A stretch of DNA of 64,000 bases from Asterias rubens (lineage: Eukaryota), in assembly GCF_902459465.1 (NCBI RefSeq), contig NC_047076.1, positions 248,001 through 312,000 of the forward strand, read 5' to 3'. Positions 37,501 through 48,100 of the stretch are shown here, one piece after another (position 1 is the first letter of the stretch; every line of letters begins with the position of its first letter). Made by a program: the position numbers and the translations under genes. The notes below the pieces were generated by a model, which had not been told where the DNA came from, made no database searches, and was given only the letters and a program-made list of their open reading frames with translations.

Positions 37501-39100
37501 ACTAATATACTTATTATAGGAACCATGGTTTATAAGATTTTAACTAACCAGTCTGTGATTGGTTGGTCACTAACAACTATTTAGTATTGATGTGCTACAA
37601 TTCAAGTGAATGCTAGTTTTCACTGTTACTCTATGTGCTACAATTCAAGTGAATGCTGGTTTTTACTGTTACTCTTCTAAGGGTCTTCTCAGCCATAGTG
37701 TTTGGTGGAACTGGTCTAGGTCGGGCCATGGCCTCGGCACCAGACTATTCCAAAGCTAAGATGTCTGCAGCACACATGTTCAGGTTACTAGACAGAGTTC
37801 CTTCGATTGACAACCAAAACGATGAAGGATTAAAACTGGTATGAATTATTTTCTTTTATAACTAAAAATGTTCTATTAGATGGTTAGATGTTAAAGAATA
37901 AGCAATAAAACTTTTCTCACTTTTTTATTTTCAGGACAACTCTTCTTTTACCAACAACTTTGGCGTTTTAATAGATGGTTTGATGTTAAAGTGTAAACAA
38001 TAAAACTTGTCTCACTTTTTGTTTTTCAGGAAACATTTTCACCCGAGATTAACTTTGAAAGCATTCGTTATCGATACCCAACCCGCCCTGATGTACCGGT
38101 TCTACGAGGTCTGACTGTCTCTGTGAAGCCAGGAGAAACATTGGCTTTAGTTGGAAGCAGCGGTTGTGGGAAGAGCACGTCCGTTTCACTGATAGAGAGG
38201 TTTTATAACCCAATGTCGGGACAAGTGGTAAGACTTAAACATGCTAGGGACATTATCATTGTCACTGAACCAATGGTAACCTAACAAAATAGTTCCATTA
38301 AACATGCAAAAACTCTTTGTCATATTTCCCTAGAGTTTGGACAACCATGAGATAAAGATTCTGAACCTTGGCTGGCTTCGATCTCAAATTGGTTTAGTCT
38401 CCCAGGAACCAATTCTCTTTGATCGTACTGTGGCTGATAATATTGCATACGGTGACAACTCTAGAAAAGTATCAATGGAAGAGGTGATTGATGCAGCCAA
38501 GAAAGCCAACATCCATGACTTTATTGCTTCATTACCTGAGGTGAGTTTGATACATTCAAGATTTAGAGATTCATTTCTGAAAGCTGTGAAACTTATGACA
38601 GAGTAATATCAAATGATTTCCTCTTGGCTTTTAGGGTTATGAGACAAGAGTAGGAGACAAGGGTACCCAGCTGTCTGGTGGTCAGAAGCAGCGAGTGGCC
38701 ATCGCGAGAGCGCTTGTCCGTAACCCCAAGATCCTCCTTCTGGATGAGGCTACGTCTGCATTGGACTCCGAGAGTGAAAGAGTAAGTTCCTGCGGTGTTT
38801 CATGATCTTCAAATTGAGACTTGATTTAAGATCAGATTGGCTAAGAGGTACTCTCTTTAATCTTCATGATCTGATGAATCTTCCAATTTTATTTTCTAGG
38901 TTGTACAAGAAGCCTTAGACGAGGCCAAGAAGGGTCGTACCTGCATCACTATTGCCCACCGTCTCTCCACTATCCACGATGCTGAGAAGATTGCCGTCAT
39001 CCGCCATGGCAAAGTAGCCGAGTTGGGCAAGCATGATGAGCTCATGCAACTGAAGGGACAGTACTACAGTTTGTACACAGCACAAGATTTACAGAACTGA
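13558..39100 (+). CDS. ABCB1: ABCB1 / P-glycoprotein (MDR1-type full ABC transporter, TMD-NBD-TMD-NBD), 28 coding exons, about 1370 aa once a 1-nt insertion at about 20623 is removed
   Basis: Exons: 13558-13675, 14062-14216, 14703-14908, 15472-15696, 16287-16461, 16922-17046, 17197-17313, 18138-18192, 18447-18560, 18693-18803, 20341-20466, 20602-20806, 20908-21078, 24609-24861, 25940-25975, 27019-27164, 27381-27536, 29725-29826, 30955-31032, 34884-34967, 35267-35470, 36098-36198, 36844-36984, 37682-37838, 38030-38227, 38334-38540, 38635-38781, 38900-39100. All introns are GT-AG with matching phases. Both NBDs have Walker A (GSSGCGKST), Q-loop (VSQEP), signature (LSGGQKQR), Walker B/D-loop ([11 protein letters not shown]) and H-loop (IAHRLSTI). 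Exon sum is 4114 nt = 3n+1 because of the extra T. The start ATG is inferred. Confidence 0.95.
16485..16862. mobile_element. Nested pair of GGGCC-terminated MITEs (PIF/Harbinger-like)
   Basis: Outer element GGGCCCAATTTAATGGCTCT...AGAGCCATGAAAATAGGCCC. Inner element about 16571-16740, GGGCCAAATTAAA...TTATGAAATTGGGCCT. The superfamily is inferred from GGGC termini. Confidence 0.6.
17352..17920 (+). mobile_element. tRNA-derived SINE with an internally amplified 43-bp minisatellite (11 full copies plus 1 partial)
   Basis: A-box TGGCTCAGTGG and B-box GGTTCGAATCC, followed by ATTGGGTTTTCAATCCCTACCTGATTGCGTGGGTACCTCCCCC repeats at 17429-17915, ending in a TTTTCCACCCACAT SINE core-like motif. Confidence 0.75.
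18954..19975. repeat. 81-bp minisatellite, about 12.6 copies, amplified from an interspersed repeat
   Basis: Unit GCCACCTACTCCTGGGGCTGACACAGGGTTAACCCCTTCATAGTCCCTAAAGGATGTAGGCATGGGTATCATCCACTAGGA. A single unamplified copy is at about 50388-50460. Confidence 0.9.
21093..23880. repeat. 16-bp tandem array (GCTAGATAT[G/A]GATATG) split by a LINE insertion
   Basis: About 29 units at 21093-21558 and about 7 units at 23763-23880 flank the LINE. Confidence 0.9.
21559..23762 (+). mobile_element. 5'-truncated L2/CR1-group non-LTR retrotransposon with uninterrupted reverse-transcriptase ORF (frame open 21535-23637)
   Basis: RT motifs [43 protein letters not shown] and YADDTQLY, with L2-type C-terminus [17 protein letters not shown]...FKSLLKTYL. 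Short 3' UTR with GCGCCTTGA...GCGCATTACAAGT and a (TTA)n tail at 23741-23762. No APE domain, because the element begins just before LDKYAPWKT. Confidence 0.93.
23958..24165 (+). mobile_element. Second, older L2-type LINE 3' fragment
   Basis: 23958-24089 translates [43 protein letters not shown], followed by an L2-like tail AGCGCTTTATAAGATTTATTATT. Confidence 0.75.
24180..24582. repeat. Diverged tandem duplication of an element of about 200 bp
   Basis: Two related units (TAGTGTTGGTTCTGAAAA...CTGCCTGCAGGACTTTATTTTAG) at about 24185-24383 and 24383-24582. The 5' part matches the reverse complement of the MITE interior at 25650-25720. Confidence 0.65.
25492..25878. mobile_element. Harbinger-like MITE interrupted by a second MITE (25619-25767, TIRs of about 28 bp, TA ends)
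   Basis: Outer GGGCCAATTTCAT...ATGAAATTGACCC. Inner TATAGAAGAGTTTACGGTAACACCATGT...ACATGGTGTTACCGCAAACTCTTATATA (2 mismatches). Confidence 0.7.
26780..26925 (-). mobile_element. tRNA-derived SINE (related copies at about 15305-15385, 47163-47335, 48760-48880, 52960-53050)
   Basis: Reverse strand reads CGGTGGTCTAGTTGGTAAGACACTGCTCTAGAATTGCAAGGGTCGTGGGTTCGAATCC (A and B boxes), followed by a non-tRNA body. Degenerate copies recur in the window. Confidence 0.7.
27718..28095. mobile_element. Kolobok-like MITE, family B copy 1
   Basis: AGGCAGTGAACAC...GTGTCCACTGCCT with TTAA flanks at 27714-27717 and 28096-28099. Confidence 0.8.
28141..29610 (+). mobile_element. Degenerate SINE (Deu/Nin-domain-like) whose core is amplified into a 43-bp minisatellite (28270-29484, about 22 copies)
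   Basis: Decayed tRNA-like head at 28141-28230, then ACACTTGTGTCCTT, then the unit CTTTGGATGGGACATGAAGCCATAGGTCCTATGTGTTGTGTAC, then the SINE body resumes (GCACGTAAAA...GGGGTTTGCTCCAGTGTTCCTGGC). Family assignment is from recalled consensus. Confidence 0.7.
28643..28913. mobile_element. CCC...GGG MITE copy 2, inserted in the 43-bp minisatellite
   Basis: Same sequence as 10142-10412. It splits a unit at GTCCTAT|ATGTGTTG with a 2-bp AT duplication. Confidence 0.85.
30506..30882. mobile_element. Kolobok-like MITE, family B copy 2 (opposite orientation to 27718-28095)
   Basis: TTAA|AGGCAGTGGACACTATTGG...CCAATAGTGTCCACTGTC|TTAA. The interior is the reverse complement of copy 1. Confidence 0.8.
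32021..32148. repeat. 50-bp tandem repeat containing duplicated last codons and ancestral stop of the nested gene
   Basis: Units start at 32021, 32071 and 32121, and the unit resumes at about 32426-32452 after the MITE. The reverse strand of the unit reads [10 protein letters not shown]. Confidence 0.85.
32150..32415. mobile_element. CCC...GGG MITE copy 3 (inverted relative to copies 1 and 2; right TIR clipped)
   Basis: Starts CCCAGGTCAAAATTCCAGTTGAACTTAG and ends ...AATTTTGACCT without the terminal GGG, followed by filler ACATGTAG. Confidence 0.8.
32414..33984 (-). CDS. Secreted Cys-containing protein, Spaetzle/neurotrophin-like cystine-knot candidate, 213 aa, nested antisense in an ABCB1 intron
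   Basis: Coding exons 33984-33541 (148 codons, donor CAG|GTAAAA) and 32611-32414 (acceptor TAG|ATT, 65 aa plus stop) join in phase 0. N-terminal hydrophobic signal peptide [21 protein letters not shown] and dibasic site PARR. Domain: [41 protein letters not shown]...[15 protein letters not shown]...LIVHSCVS. Upstream: TATTTAAA at 34338-34331, donor CCA|GTAAGC at 34262, acceptor at about 34091. The gene model is well supported; the family assignment is inferred. Confidence 0.72.
33394..33423. repeat. Interstitial telomere-type repeat (TAACCC)5
   Basis: Five perfect hexamers. A (TTAGGG)3 run also occurs at 48738-48755. Confidence 0.85.
37310..37515 (+). mobile_element. SINE 3' fragment with L2-like tail
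   Basis: GGAGTTTGCCCTAGTGTTCCTGG matches the SINE body at about 29520. Ends GAGCGCTATATAAGAA, an L2-type tail. Confidence 0.5.
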
Positions 39101-40273
39101 TGGATATTAAGGTTCGTTTACCTAGATTTGACCTTCAATAACAAAAGTTGTTTTCCTTCAGAGGGGCAGAGATCAAAGCATGTCTGTGGCGATACATGGA
39201 ATCATGAATGCTCACCAAGTGAAGCCTGGATCATTCTTCCTGTGAATGCGATATGAATTCTGACGTCACACATTTAATGAAATGCTTGACTTTTAACCTA
39301 GTGTGCTAGTTTATAAGGCAGGTATTAATTTTGGTCGGTTTGACAAAAACAACAATTCTTTTTCATTGACAGTTTAACACTGTAAAATTATTTCAATAGA
39401 ATTACAAAAATGTCTGCTGTTTTTAAACTCCAGGGTGCTATGGGTCACATGATGTGATGGTCACATGGTGTCACCTCAAGGTCACATGACCCAGGGGTAT
39501 TATGCTTAAATTTTAATGAAGTGTGTGAGTGTTAAGGTTGTTATAATTGGTGTGTTTTCATTAATTTCCCACAAAGTAGTTGTCCAAAATTCAAAGAGGA
39601 TATGGAAGTGCTTTAACTATTCCAGAAATTATTATTGATATAATTTATAAAGTGTGACCAAAGAACAATATATATATATAAATTGGAGTTGCATCTTAAT
39701 TTTCAGCAACTTGTGGCTCACAAGATATTATTTGTATATATAGCTCCTCATAATTAGTACTGGGGTTTGTATCTAGTGTGCTTTTTAATTAACAGCTCAC
39801 GAATGAGTATGGAAGTGATGTAACTGCTACAAAAAGTAACTATTTTATAACCCATAAAGCGTGATCAAAGAACAAAATATTCTTTATATTGAAGTGACAT
39901 CTTATTTAAACAACTGTAACTCATTGGATTTTATTTGAATCTAGTTCCATACAGCTAATAGTCAAACTATTTATTAAGTTTTACTGTAGAATATATAAGA
40001 CAATCCATCCACAGGGTTTCAAGTATTATTAAAAATGTTCAGCTACGACTGTTGCTAAGGGTGTTGCTAAGTATGTACTGTACTTGAAGGCATGATGATG
40101 CTGGAACCTAGCCGTAGCCGTAGCTATAGTCACCAGTTCAGGCATGGCAGTCATTTTGATCTTGTCTTATGAAACAAGCAGGTATTTATGATATTTTTTT
40201 GCAATTTTACATTTTGCAAATTTTTTGCAAACACTGCTTTCTTGTGAGTCTATGATATAAAATAATAAATTCC

Positions 40274-42385
40274 AAATCACAAGGGGTAAGTCCAGCATTT
40301 TTATCTATTTTGGGCCAAATGTTGAAAAAATCACAAGGGGTAAGTCCAGCATTTTTATCTATTTTGGGCCAAATGTTGAAAAAATCACAAGGGGTAAGTC
40401 CAGCATTTTTATCTATTTTGGGCCAAATGTTGAAAAAATCACAAGGGGTAAGTCCAGCATTTTTATCTATTTTGGGCCAAATGTTGAAAAAATCACAAGG
40501 GGTAAGTCCAGCATTTTTAGCAATTTTGGGCCTAAAACTGGAAAAAATCACACAAGGGGCAAGTCCAGCATTTTAAGCCATTTTGGGCCTAAAATTGAAA
40601 AAATCACAAGGGGCGAGTCCAGCAATTTAAGCAATTTTTGGGGGACTAAAATTGAAAAAATCACAAGGGGTGAGTACAGTAATTTTAGCCATTTTGGGCC
40701 CAAAATTGAAAAAATTACAAGGGGTTAGTCCAGCATTTTTATGCCTTTTGGGCCTAAAATTGAAAAAAATCACAAGGGGCAAGTCCAGCATTTTCAGCCA
40801 TTTTGGGCCCCAAATTAAAAAAATTACAAGGGGTTAGTCCAGCATTTTTATCCATTTGGGGCAAAAAATTGAAAAAATCACAAGGGGCAAGTCCAGCATT
40901 TGTATCCGTTTTGGGCTCAAAATTGAAAAAATCACAAGGGGTAAGTCCAGCATTTTAAGCAATTTTTGGCCTAAATTGAAAAATCCCAAGGGGCAAGTCC
41001 AGCATTTTTATCTATTTTGGGCAAAATGTTGAAAAAATCACAAGGGGTAAGTCCAGCATTTTTATCCATTTGGGGCAAAAAATTGAAAAAATCACAAGGG
41101 GCAAGTCCAGCATTTGTATCCGTTTTGGGCTCAAAATTGAAAAAATCACAAGGGGTAAGTCCAGCATTTTAAGCAATTTTTGGCCTAAATTGAAAAATCA
41201 CAAGGGGCAAGTCCAGCATTTTTATCTATTTTGGGCAAAATGTTGAAAAAATCACAAGGGGTAAGTCCAGCATTTTTAGCAATTTTGGGCCTAAAACTGA
41301 AAAAATCACACAAGGGGCAAGTCCAGCATTTTAAGCCATTTTGGGCCTAAAATTGAAAATATCACAAGGGGTGAGTCCAGCAATTTAAGCAATTTTTGGG
41401 GGACTAAAATTGAAAAAATCACAAGGGGTGAGTACAGTAATTTTAGCCATTTTGGGCCTAAATCTAAAAAAATCACAAGGGGTAAGTCCAGCATTTTAAG
41501 CCATTTTGGGCCTAAAATTGAAAAATCACAAGGGGTAAGTCCACCTTTTTTAGCCATTTTGGGCCTAAAATTTAAAAAATCACAAGGGGTAAGTCCAGCT
41601 TTTTTATCTATTTTGGGCCCAAAATTAAAAAAATCACAAGGGGTAAGTCCAGCATTTTTATGCCTTTTGGGCCTAAAATTGAAAAAAATCACAAGGGGCA
41701 AGTCCAGCATTTTCAGCCATTTTGGGCCCAAAATTAAAAAAATTACAAGGGGTTAGTCCAGCATTTTTAGCAATTTTTGGCCTAACTTGAAAAATCACAA
41801 GGTGCAAGTCCAGCATTTTTAGCCATTTTGGGCCTAAAATTGAAAAAATCACAAGGGGTAGGTCCATTATTTTTAGCCATTTTGGGCCCAAAATTGAAAT
41901 AATCACAAGGGGTTAGTCCAGCATTTTTATCCATTTTGGGCCTTAAGTTCAAAATAATCATTAGGGGTAACCTGCATTTTTATCCATTTTGGGCCCAAAA
42001 TTGAAAAAATCACAAGGGGCTAGTCCAGCATTTGTATCCGTTTTGGGCCCAAAATTGAAAAATCACAAGGGGTAAGTCCAGCATTTTTAGCCATTTTGGG
42101 CCTAAAATTGAAAAAAATTAAGTCCAGCATTTTTATCCATTTTGGGCCCAAAATTGAAAAAATCACAAGGGGTAAATCCAGCATTTTTATCAGTTTTGGG
42201 CCAAAAATTAAAAAAAATCACAAGGGGTAAGTCCAGCATTTTTAGCCATTTTGGGCCCAAGCTTGTAAAAATTACAAGGGGTTAGTCCAGCATTTTTTAT
42301 CCCCTTTGGGCCTAAAATTGAAAAAAATCACAAGGTGTAAGTCCAGCATTTTTAGCCATTTTGGGCCCAAAATTAAAAAAATCAC
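40274..42385. repeat. 54-bp satellite array, about 39 copies, with higher-order blocks
   Basis: Unit AAATCACAAGGGGTAAGTCCAGCATTTTTATCTATTTTGGGCCAAATGTTGAAA with starts at 40277, 40331 and 40385. It explains all ORFs between 40207 and 42503. Confidence 0.92.
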
Positions 42386-42453
42386 AAGTGGTAATTATCT
42401 GTTTTGGGTACAAAATTAAAAAAATCAAAATGGGTACATAAATAGGTCCAGCA

Positions 42454-42546
42454 AAAAGTTTGAGAATACCAATAAGAAATAATAAAAAGTTTGAGAATAC
42501 CAATAAGAAATAATGAAAAGTTTGAGAATACCAATAACAAATAATG
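42454..42546. repeat. 31-bp tandem repeat, 3 copies
   Basis: AAAAGTTTGAGAATACCAATAAGAAATAAT[A/G] x3. Confidence 0.85.
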
Positions 42547-44910
42547 AAAGCAAGTAACTAATGGGAATGCCAGACAATTGACAATTTCAGTCAAGTAGTG
42601 GTTTTTATTTATTTTTGTACAGTAGGAAACCTGATGGAGCATAATAAGTTTAGTATCAAATCTCAGAAAGACATTTAGAGAAATTGCAATAATATTCATT
42701 TGCGTACAAAAGCTAATTTATTTCCTATCCAATTACCTTCCCTTCAGATTGTGTACAATGTGCTGAAATAGCCGCATTCAAAAAACAATGTTTGGTGGTT
42801 TAGCTGAAACTAACCAGAATATTGCTTAATAACATCACAAATGAAAACAGTTCAAATAATGTGGAATATTTGCAAGATTGCGAAAATAGCATTTTGGATT
42901 TCTAAAATAGTTGTTATACTACAGCATTAAGGTCTAGCCTACATATAAATGACTCAATTTCTGTAAGATAAATAATGCATAAATCACAAAAATAGTTTAC
43001 TTATCCAATCACCCTTAGCTAATCAATAAAAATTTATATTTTTAAAGTTAAGAGAATATCATTAGGCAAAATTGTAGTACGAAATATTTTAACTCATTTT
43101 AAATCATTTTTAATAAGATTACCCTTTCTTCACTCCACGATGAACATAAATTTGACACATATTGCACAAAGCAATTATGTCTGAGTTTCATTTCTTGGTT
43201 TCCAATTTCATAAAAATGATTTGAGGAAGCAAAGAAGCATTAAATGTAAAGTAAAACATGATTTTTCTCTTCAAGTAAACAAGGTGTACCTCTTGATAAA
43301 GCCTGAATAAAAGATCTGAGGTTCAAACTGCTTACTTAACTTGTAAAATCAAAGAGCAAATTCCTCGTAAACTAAATAAGAAAACAAATCTAAAATCAAC
43401 TCCATCACTTTGTATTGATCCGAAAAGTTAATCTTTTAATTGAACTAGTTCTTAAAAACACGGAAAAACTATTTAGAGAAACAACATATTTAGGCTCATC
43501 TGAAAAGTATGAAGAAAATAACGTAGACCATAGTATGCAGAGATTGTAGTTTTAACTGATAAGAAAAATAATGAGTTGAAGAGAATAAGAGTCGGAGCAA
43601 GTCTCGCAACGTTGCTTGATTGATATCGGAAGAAAAACAAAATCGTGGACAAATTTTCAAATATGCCAAAGACTTTCAGCTTCATCGTTAAACAAAGTTG
43701 AGTAAAACAACAGCCTTCAAAAACTAGTTATCAGATTTTAATATTTTTAGTAACATGGATTAAAATGATACAATAGTTTGGTTAAAATGTTAGACAATCT
43801 TTAAGGCTTCACAAGAATTCACATCAAATTAACTTTTAACTACACCTACAATATGATGCTTTACAAAAGCCAACAGTATAAAAATATTAAACCTAAACTA
43901 AAACTCTTCACTATTTTCACTGTCTTTTCTCACATTCTCATTCCTTTTTTACTTACCTTCCCAGCGTTTTGTACTTTATATGAATACTTAAGCTAAAAAA
44001 ATATTCACAGATATCTCAAGCACACGTTTAAAGCGAGCTTTTCTTTATTGCAGTTCACGCTGTACAGTTTGCGTCATTAGTTCTACATTCACTCTCTAAA
44101 GCTTAAGCTCTCTTTTCCCTTAACTGAACTTAAAGACTTGATAAGATGACGATAAACTCACTTCATTGTCATCTAGTACTGATATATACAGATGTAATTT
44201 GGAAGACTTCATCCTTCCCCTTTTTTTAGCTGGGTGCAACTAGGGAGGCAAATACTTGTACAGAGAATCTTCTTATCACTCAAATCTTGACTCAAGACAT
44301 TTTCTACTTTCTTACTTTTCCGGAAATGAAAACATGATTTAAAACTGAAAGGGGTTTAGTTTGTTGCTGCGGAATACATCTACCTGTAACTTGATTATAA
44401 AATACAACCTAACCGTATCATTAACCAACAAGTATTGAAAACGATTGAATTTTGTGTGTGTAAGAACAAATATTTAGATATCAACATGGTTTCATTGCAC
44501 AGAGCGACTATATGACATTTTCTGATCTGGTTAAGTAGCTCTTTAAAATGAACGATCTGTTGAAACCTGAAAACAAGAACACAAATGTTTGCCCAAATTC
44601 ACAGAGCTGCAAAACCACAAAAAAATGATGTTGACCAGGTTTAAAAGTTATCAGCCAAATTACCACCTGTATAGTTGGTGACTGGTATCCTGCTGATTTC
44701 TGCTTAGCAGACAATTGTCAAGCAATATTTCCTGCTTAAGCAACTCTATGAATTTGTGCCTGGGTGTTTTATCAATGTGCCTTTACAGTTATTCACATCT
44801 TGGTGGTGTTCCTTGTTTACAGTACACATCATGAACAGAAGAAAATTCTTGTAGAAAGGGGGCCAGACTATTTTTTCGTAAAGCCATTCAAAAGGTTCAT
44901 AACTAGCCTT

Positions 44911-45061
44911 TCAGAACTCTGCTTAGCGCAAATAACCTGTTTCGATTTCAGCAATATAAATACAACCGCCAGCTAAATTGGACTTTCAGAACTCTGCTTA
45001 GCGCAAATAACCTGTTTAGATTTCAGCAATATAAATACAACCGCCAGCTAAATTGGACTTT
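44911..45061. repeat. 75-bp tandem duplication downstream of the integrin stop codon
   Basis: TCAGAACTCTGCTTAGCGCAAATAACCTGTTT...AAATTGGACTT x2 with one mismatch. Confidence 0.85.
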
Positions 45062-45173
45062 TATATACCTCAGGTTTCTTATCTCAATTTATGAGTACAT
45101 TTACAAACTTTTTGGTTCTTTTTGTCGAAGAGTAATCTTTGTCAGTGAGTTTTGCTGAGCGTTTTGATAACAA

Positions 45174-48100
45174 TCATAAATCAGCCCTCTTCTCATCGGT
45201 ATTAACTGGGTCATACTTTCTCCGTTTGAAGAAACCACACTGGAAAATAAAAAGAACGAAACCATGACTGGTAAATTATTTTAAAAATAACATGGAAGGT
45301 TTCCACACCGTATGATGGGGAGTTAAATTTGAGTTTCATTGAGCTACAATGAATTCAACATCATCATCATCATCAGATGACTGCACAGCAAGAGGACACA
45401 AGCTTTTCCCATTCTCGCCTGTCTTGCTGTCTTGTGTTATTCTCTGAATCTCAAGCGAGGAGAGCAGAACATTCTGTGGCACTAATCTTGCGATGTACTC
45501 TATCTTAAGTAGGCACCGACGACTTTGTCTGCGTCAGACATGAGATTAATTCAACATACACACCCCCACAACAACAGGCAATTCAAAGCAAAAATGTATG
45601 CAGCATGGTTTATAATAAATTAAAATAATTAAACAATTTTTTTTTTTCTCTTTCTACGTTTCCTCCATCTTATTACTTGACAAATAAGAACAAAATATCT
45701 TTTTCTTCTTTGTTTCTAGCTTGATTGTAACTATGCACACAGTTTTTTTTTTTTTGGGGGGGGGACACCCAGAATTTTAAACATTGACTATTCTGAGTTG
45801 CCCCTTACTAAAAGGTTTTCTCTTTAAACTCACCTTCCATAATGCAAAGATGACGAGAGCTAGAAGGAGAAGACCTCCCAAGATGGCTAGAATTATCACC
45901 CAGATGGGAACTTGCTTTGATGCAGGTTCATCTGGACTAACTAACGTCAAGATCTAAATGGAGAAAAAGAACATTGTTAAGCCCCTAACACATCAAAGAA
46001 ATTTAGCAAGGGTCCCTTGCTAAAATTGTAGCATGGTTTAAAATTTTACAAAATGTACCTTGTGTGAATTGACAACAATTTTTTCTACTCTCCGAGTTTT
46101 CTTGCAAAATCTTGTCAAACATTGCAACAGTTTACAACCATGTTCAAATTAAACAAGGGACCCCAGTAACTGAGATACAAACTGACATCTCCTAATGACA
46201 AGGAATGATTTATGAAGGCACAAAAAACCTGCTTGGAACAAAATAGTGCATAGAAAGATAAAAGTGGGAGATTGGCGGGAAAAAAACCTTAGTAGTCCAG
46301 GAGGGGAAATTAAAAGGTTTTGAACCATCTTCAAGGTCTGATGACAATCATGATTAATGGCCTCATTAAACTGCAATATTCTAGAGATTAATGCATCTTG
46401 TATTGAAGAGAAGTAATATAGAGAAACTGAGAGAAGGTTTCAATACAAAGTCAGCATCCCTTGAGGTTAAAAACAAACAAGAACAAAGATAAGAATAAAA
46501 TGTCGTAACAAACATAACATTTTGAAAGTTCGTAATAATCATAGAAAATAATAATGGTGTCTTTTATTAAAGACTCAGCTCCCTGGGGAGTATACAGCCT
46601 GTTGTGCATCAAGGTAAATCAATCACAAGAACCGTCTCTACCCTCGCAGGAACCCATTTATACCCCTGGGTGGAGTGAAGCCATCATAGTAGAGAATCTT
46701 GTTCAAGGACACAAGTGTCATGACCAGGTTATGAACCCACCAGAAGTTAAGTGTGATTTACTATTAACTGGCATAACAAGCCACAAAGACTGTATGAGTT
46801 TGGAGAAAGTTTCTTGAGGAATAATTCAACATTGTTTGGTGTCAACTGAGCTTGTGTTTAGCATTGGGTATAAGTTACCTCTATCTTGGCTTTTGGAAGT
46901 TCCAGTGGATCCACTGAGTAAGGCGTATTGATGACCTCAGCCGTCGCTACCGATGAAATCACAAACCTTTCAAAATTCATCTGAAATAAAACAAAAAAAA
47001 TAATCTTCAAAGATTTCAGGCTTTTTGAGGTAGAGAAAAATCTGTTCTTAAAGTCTGATAAAGCCTTATTGAAAAGTATTTTTAACTTAATAGATTTTAA
47101 ATTTCCATCGAGGATAAAGAATATTAATTTTGGTTTTTACCCTTTATCCTTTTATCCTTACCAGGCTATCTCAGTGGTCTAGTTGGTAAGACATCTGCTA
47201 AAAGTGCAGAGGTCGTGGGTTTGAATCCCAACCTAGTGATATGCCGGTGATTTTTCACAGGACTCTGGAAGGTACTGATAGTACACAGCTGTGTATACAG
47301 TGCTAACACAAATCGGTTTAAGGGTAAAACCAAAGTTATTTAATTAATGAGGCAATATTTCATACCTGTACAAATGAATTATTCCATGATCTTGACCACA
47401 ACTTGACGACTTCACTTTCACCTCCTTTAATTTCGTTGATGGTACATCTGATCTTAAGACAGAATCCCGTTGAGCAATCAATGTTCCCAGTTTGGCTAGA
47501 GGGTTCCTCAGCTTGCCTCTTGTTCCTAAACATAGTCGTGTTGTTGTCTTCTCTCCCAATGGACGCATTGATAAGCTGATTGGTCTCTTCAAGCTGTAAG
47601 AGTTAATAAATTTCACCATGAAGTTATTTGTTTGGTAATCACTTTTAACATAAATGGCAATATAAACTTTGGTCAGAAGTCTACAGCAGGTTTCGTATAA
47701 AGCATTTTGAGTAACATTTCACTTTGAAGTTATGTGGTTAGGTTTTTATTTTCCAAAATTTGAATCTTGGATGCGAACGTTTCTAGACGGGTTTCACATT
47801 TTGGCAAAATCTCAAAAATGCGATAACCTTTAGGAATAAAATATTCAGATGTTAGTTTTAATGAGTACATTTATAGAGGAATGAAATATTCAGATGTTAG
47901 TTTTAATGAGTACATTTATAGAGGAATGAAATATTCAGATGTTAGTTTTAATGAGTACATTTATAGAGGAATGAAATATTCAGATGTTAGTTTTAATGAG
48001 TACATTTATAGAGGAATGAAATATTCAGATGTTAGTTTTAATGAGTACATTTATAGAGGAATGAAATATTCAGATGTTAGTTTTAATGAGTACATTTATA

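Noticed and set aside
40207-42503. Multiple 60-140 aa ORFs on both strands
   Set aside because: They arise from the 54-bp satellite, whose period is divisible by 3.
45358-45540. Open frame of about 66 codons between the integrin TM and GFFKR exons, considered as an alternative cytoplasmic tail
   Set aside because: The best acceptor is out of phase, there is no GFFKR, and the (GAT)n end and sequence fit an RTE LINE 3' fragment.
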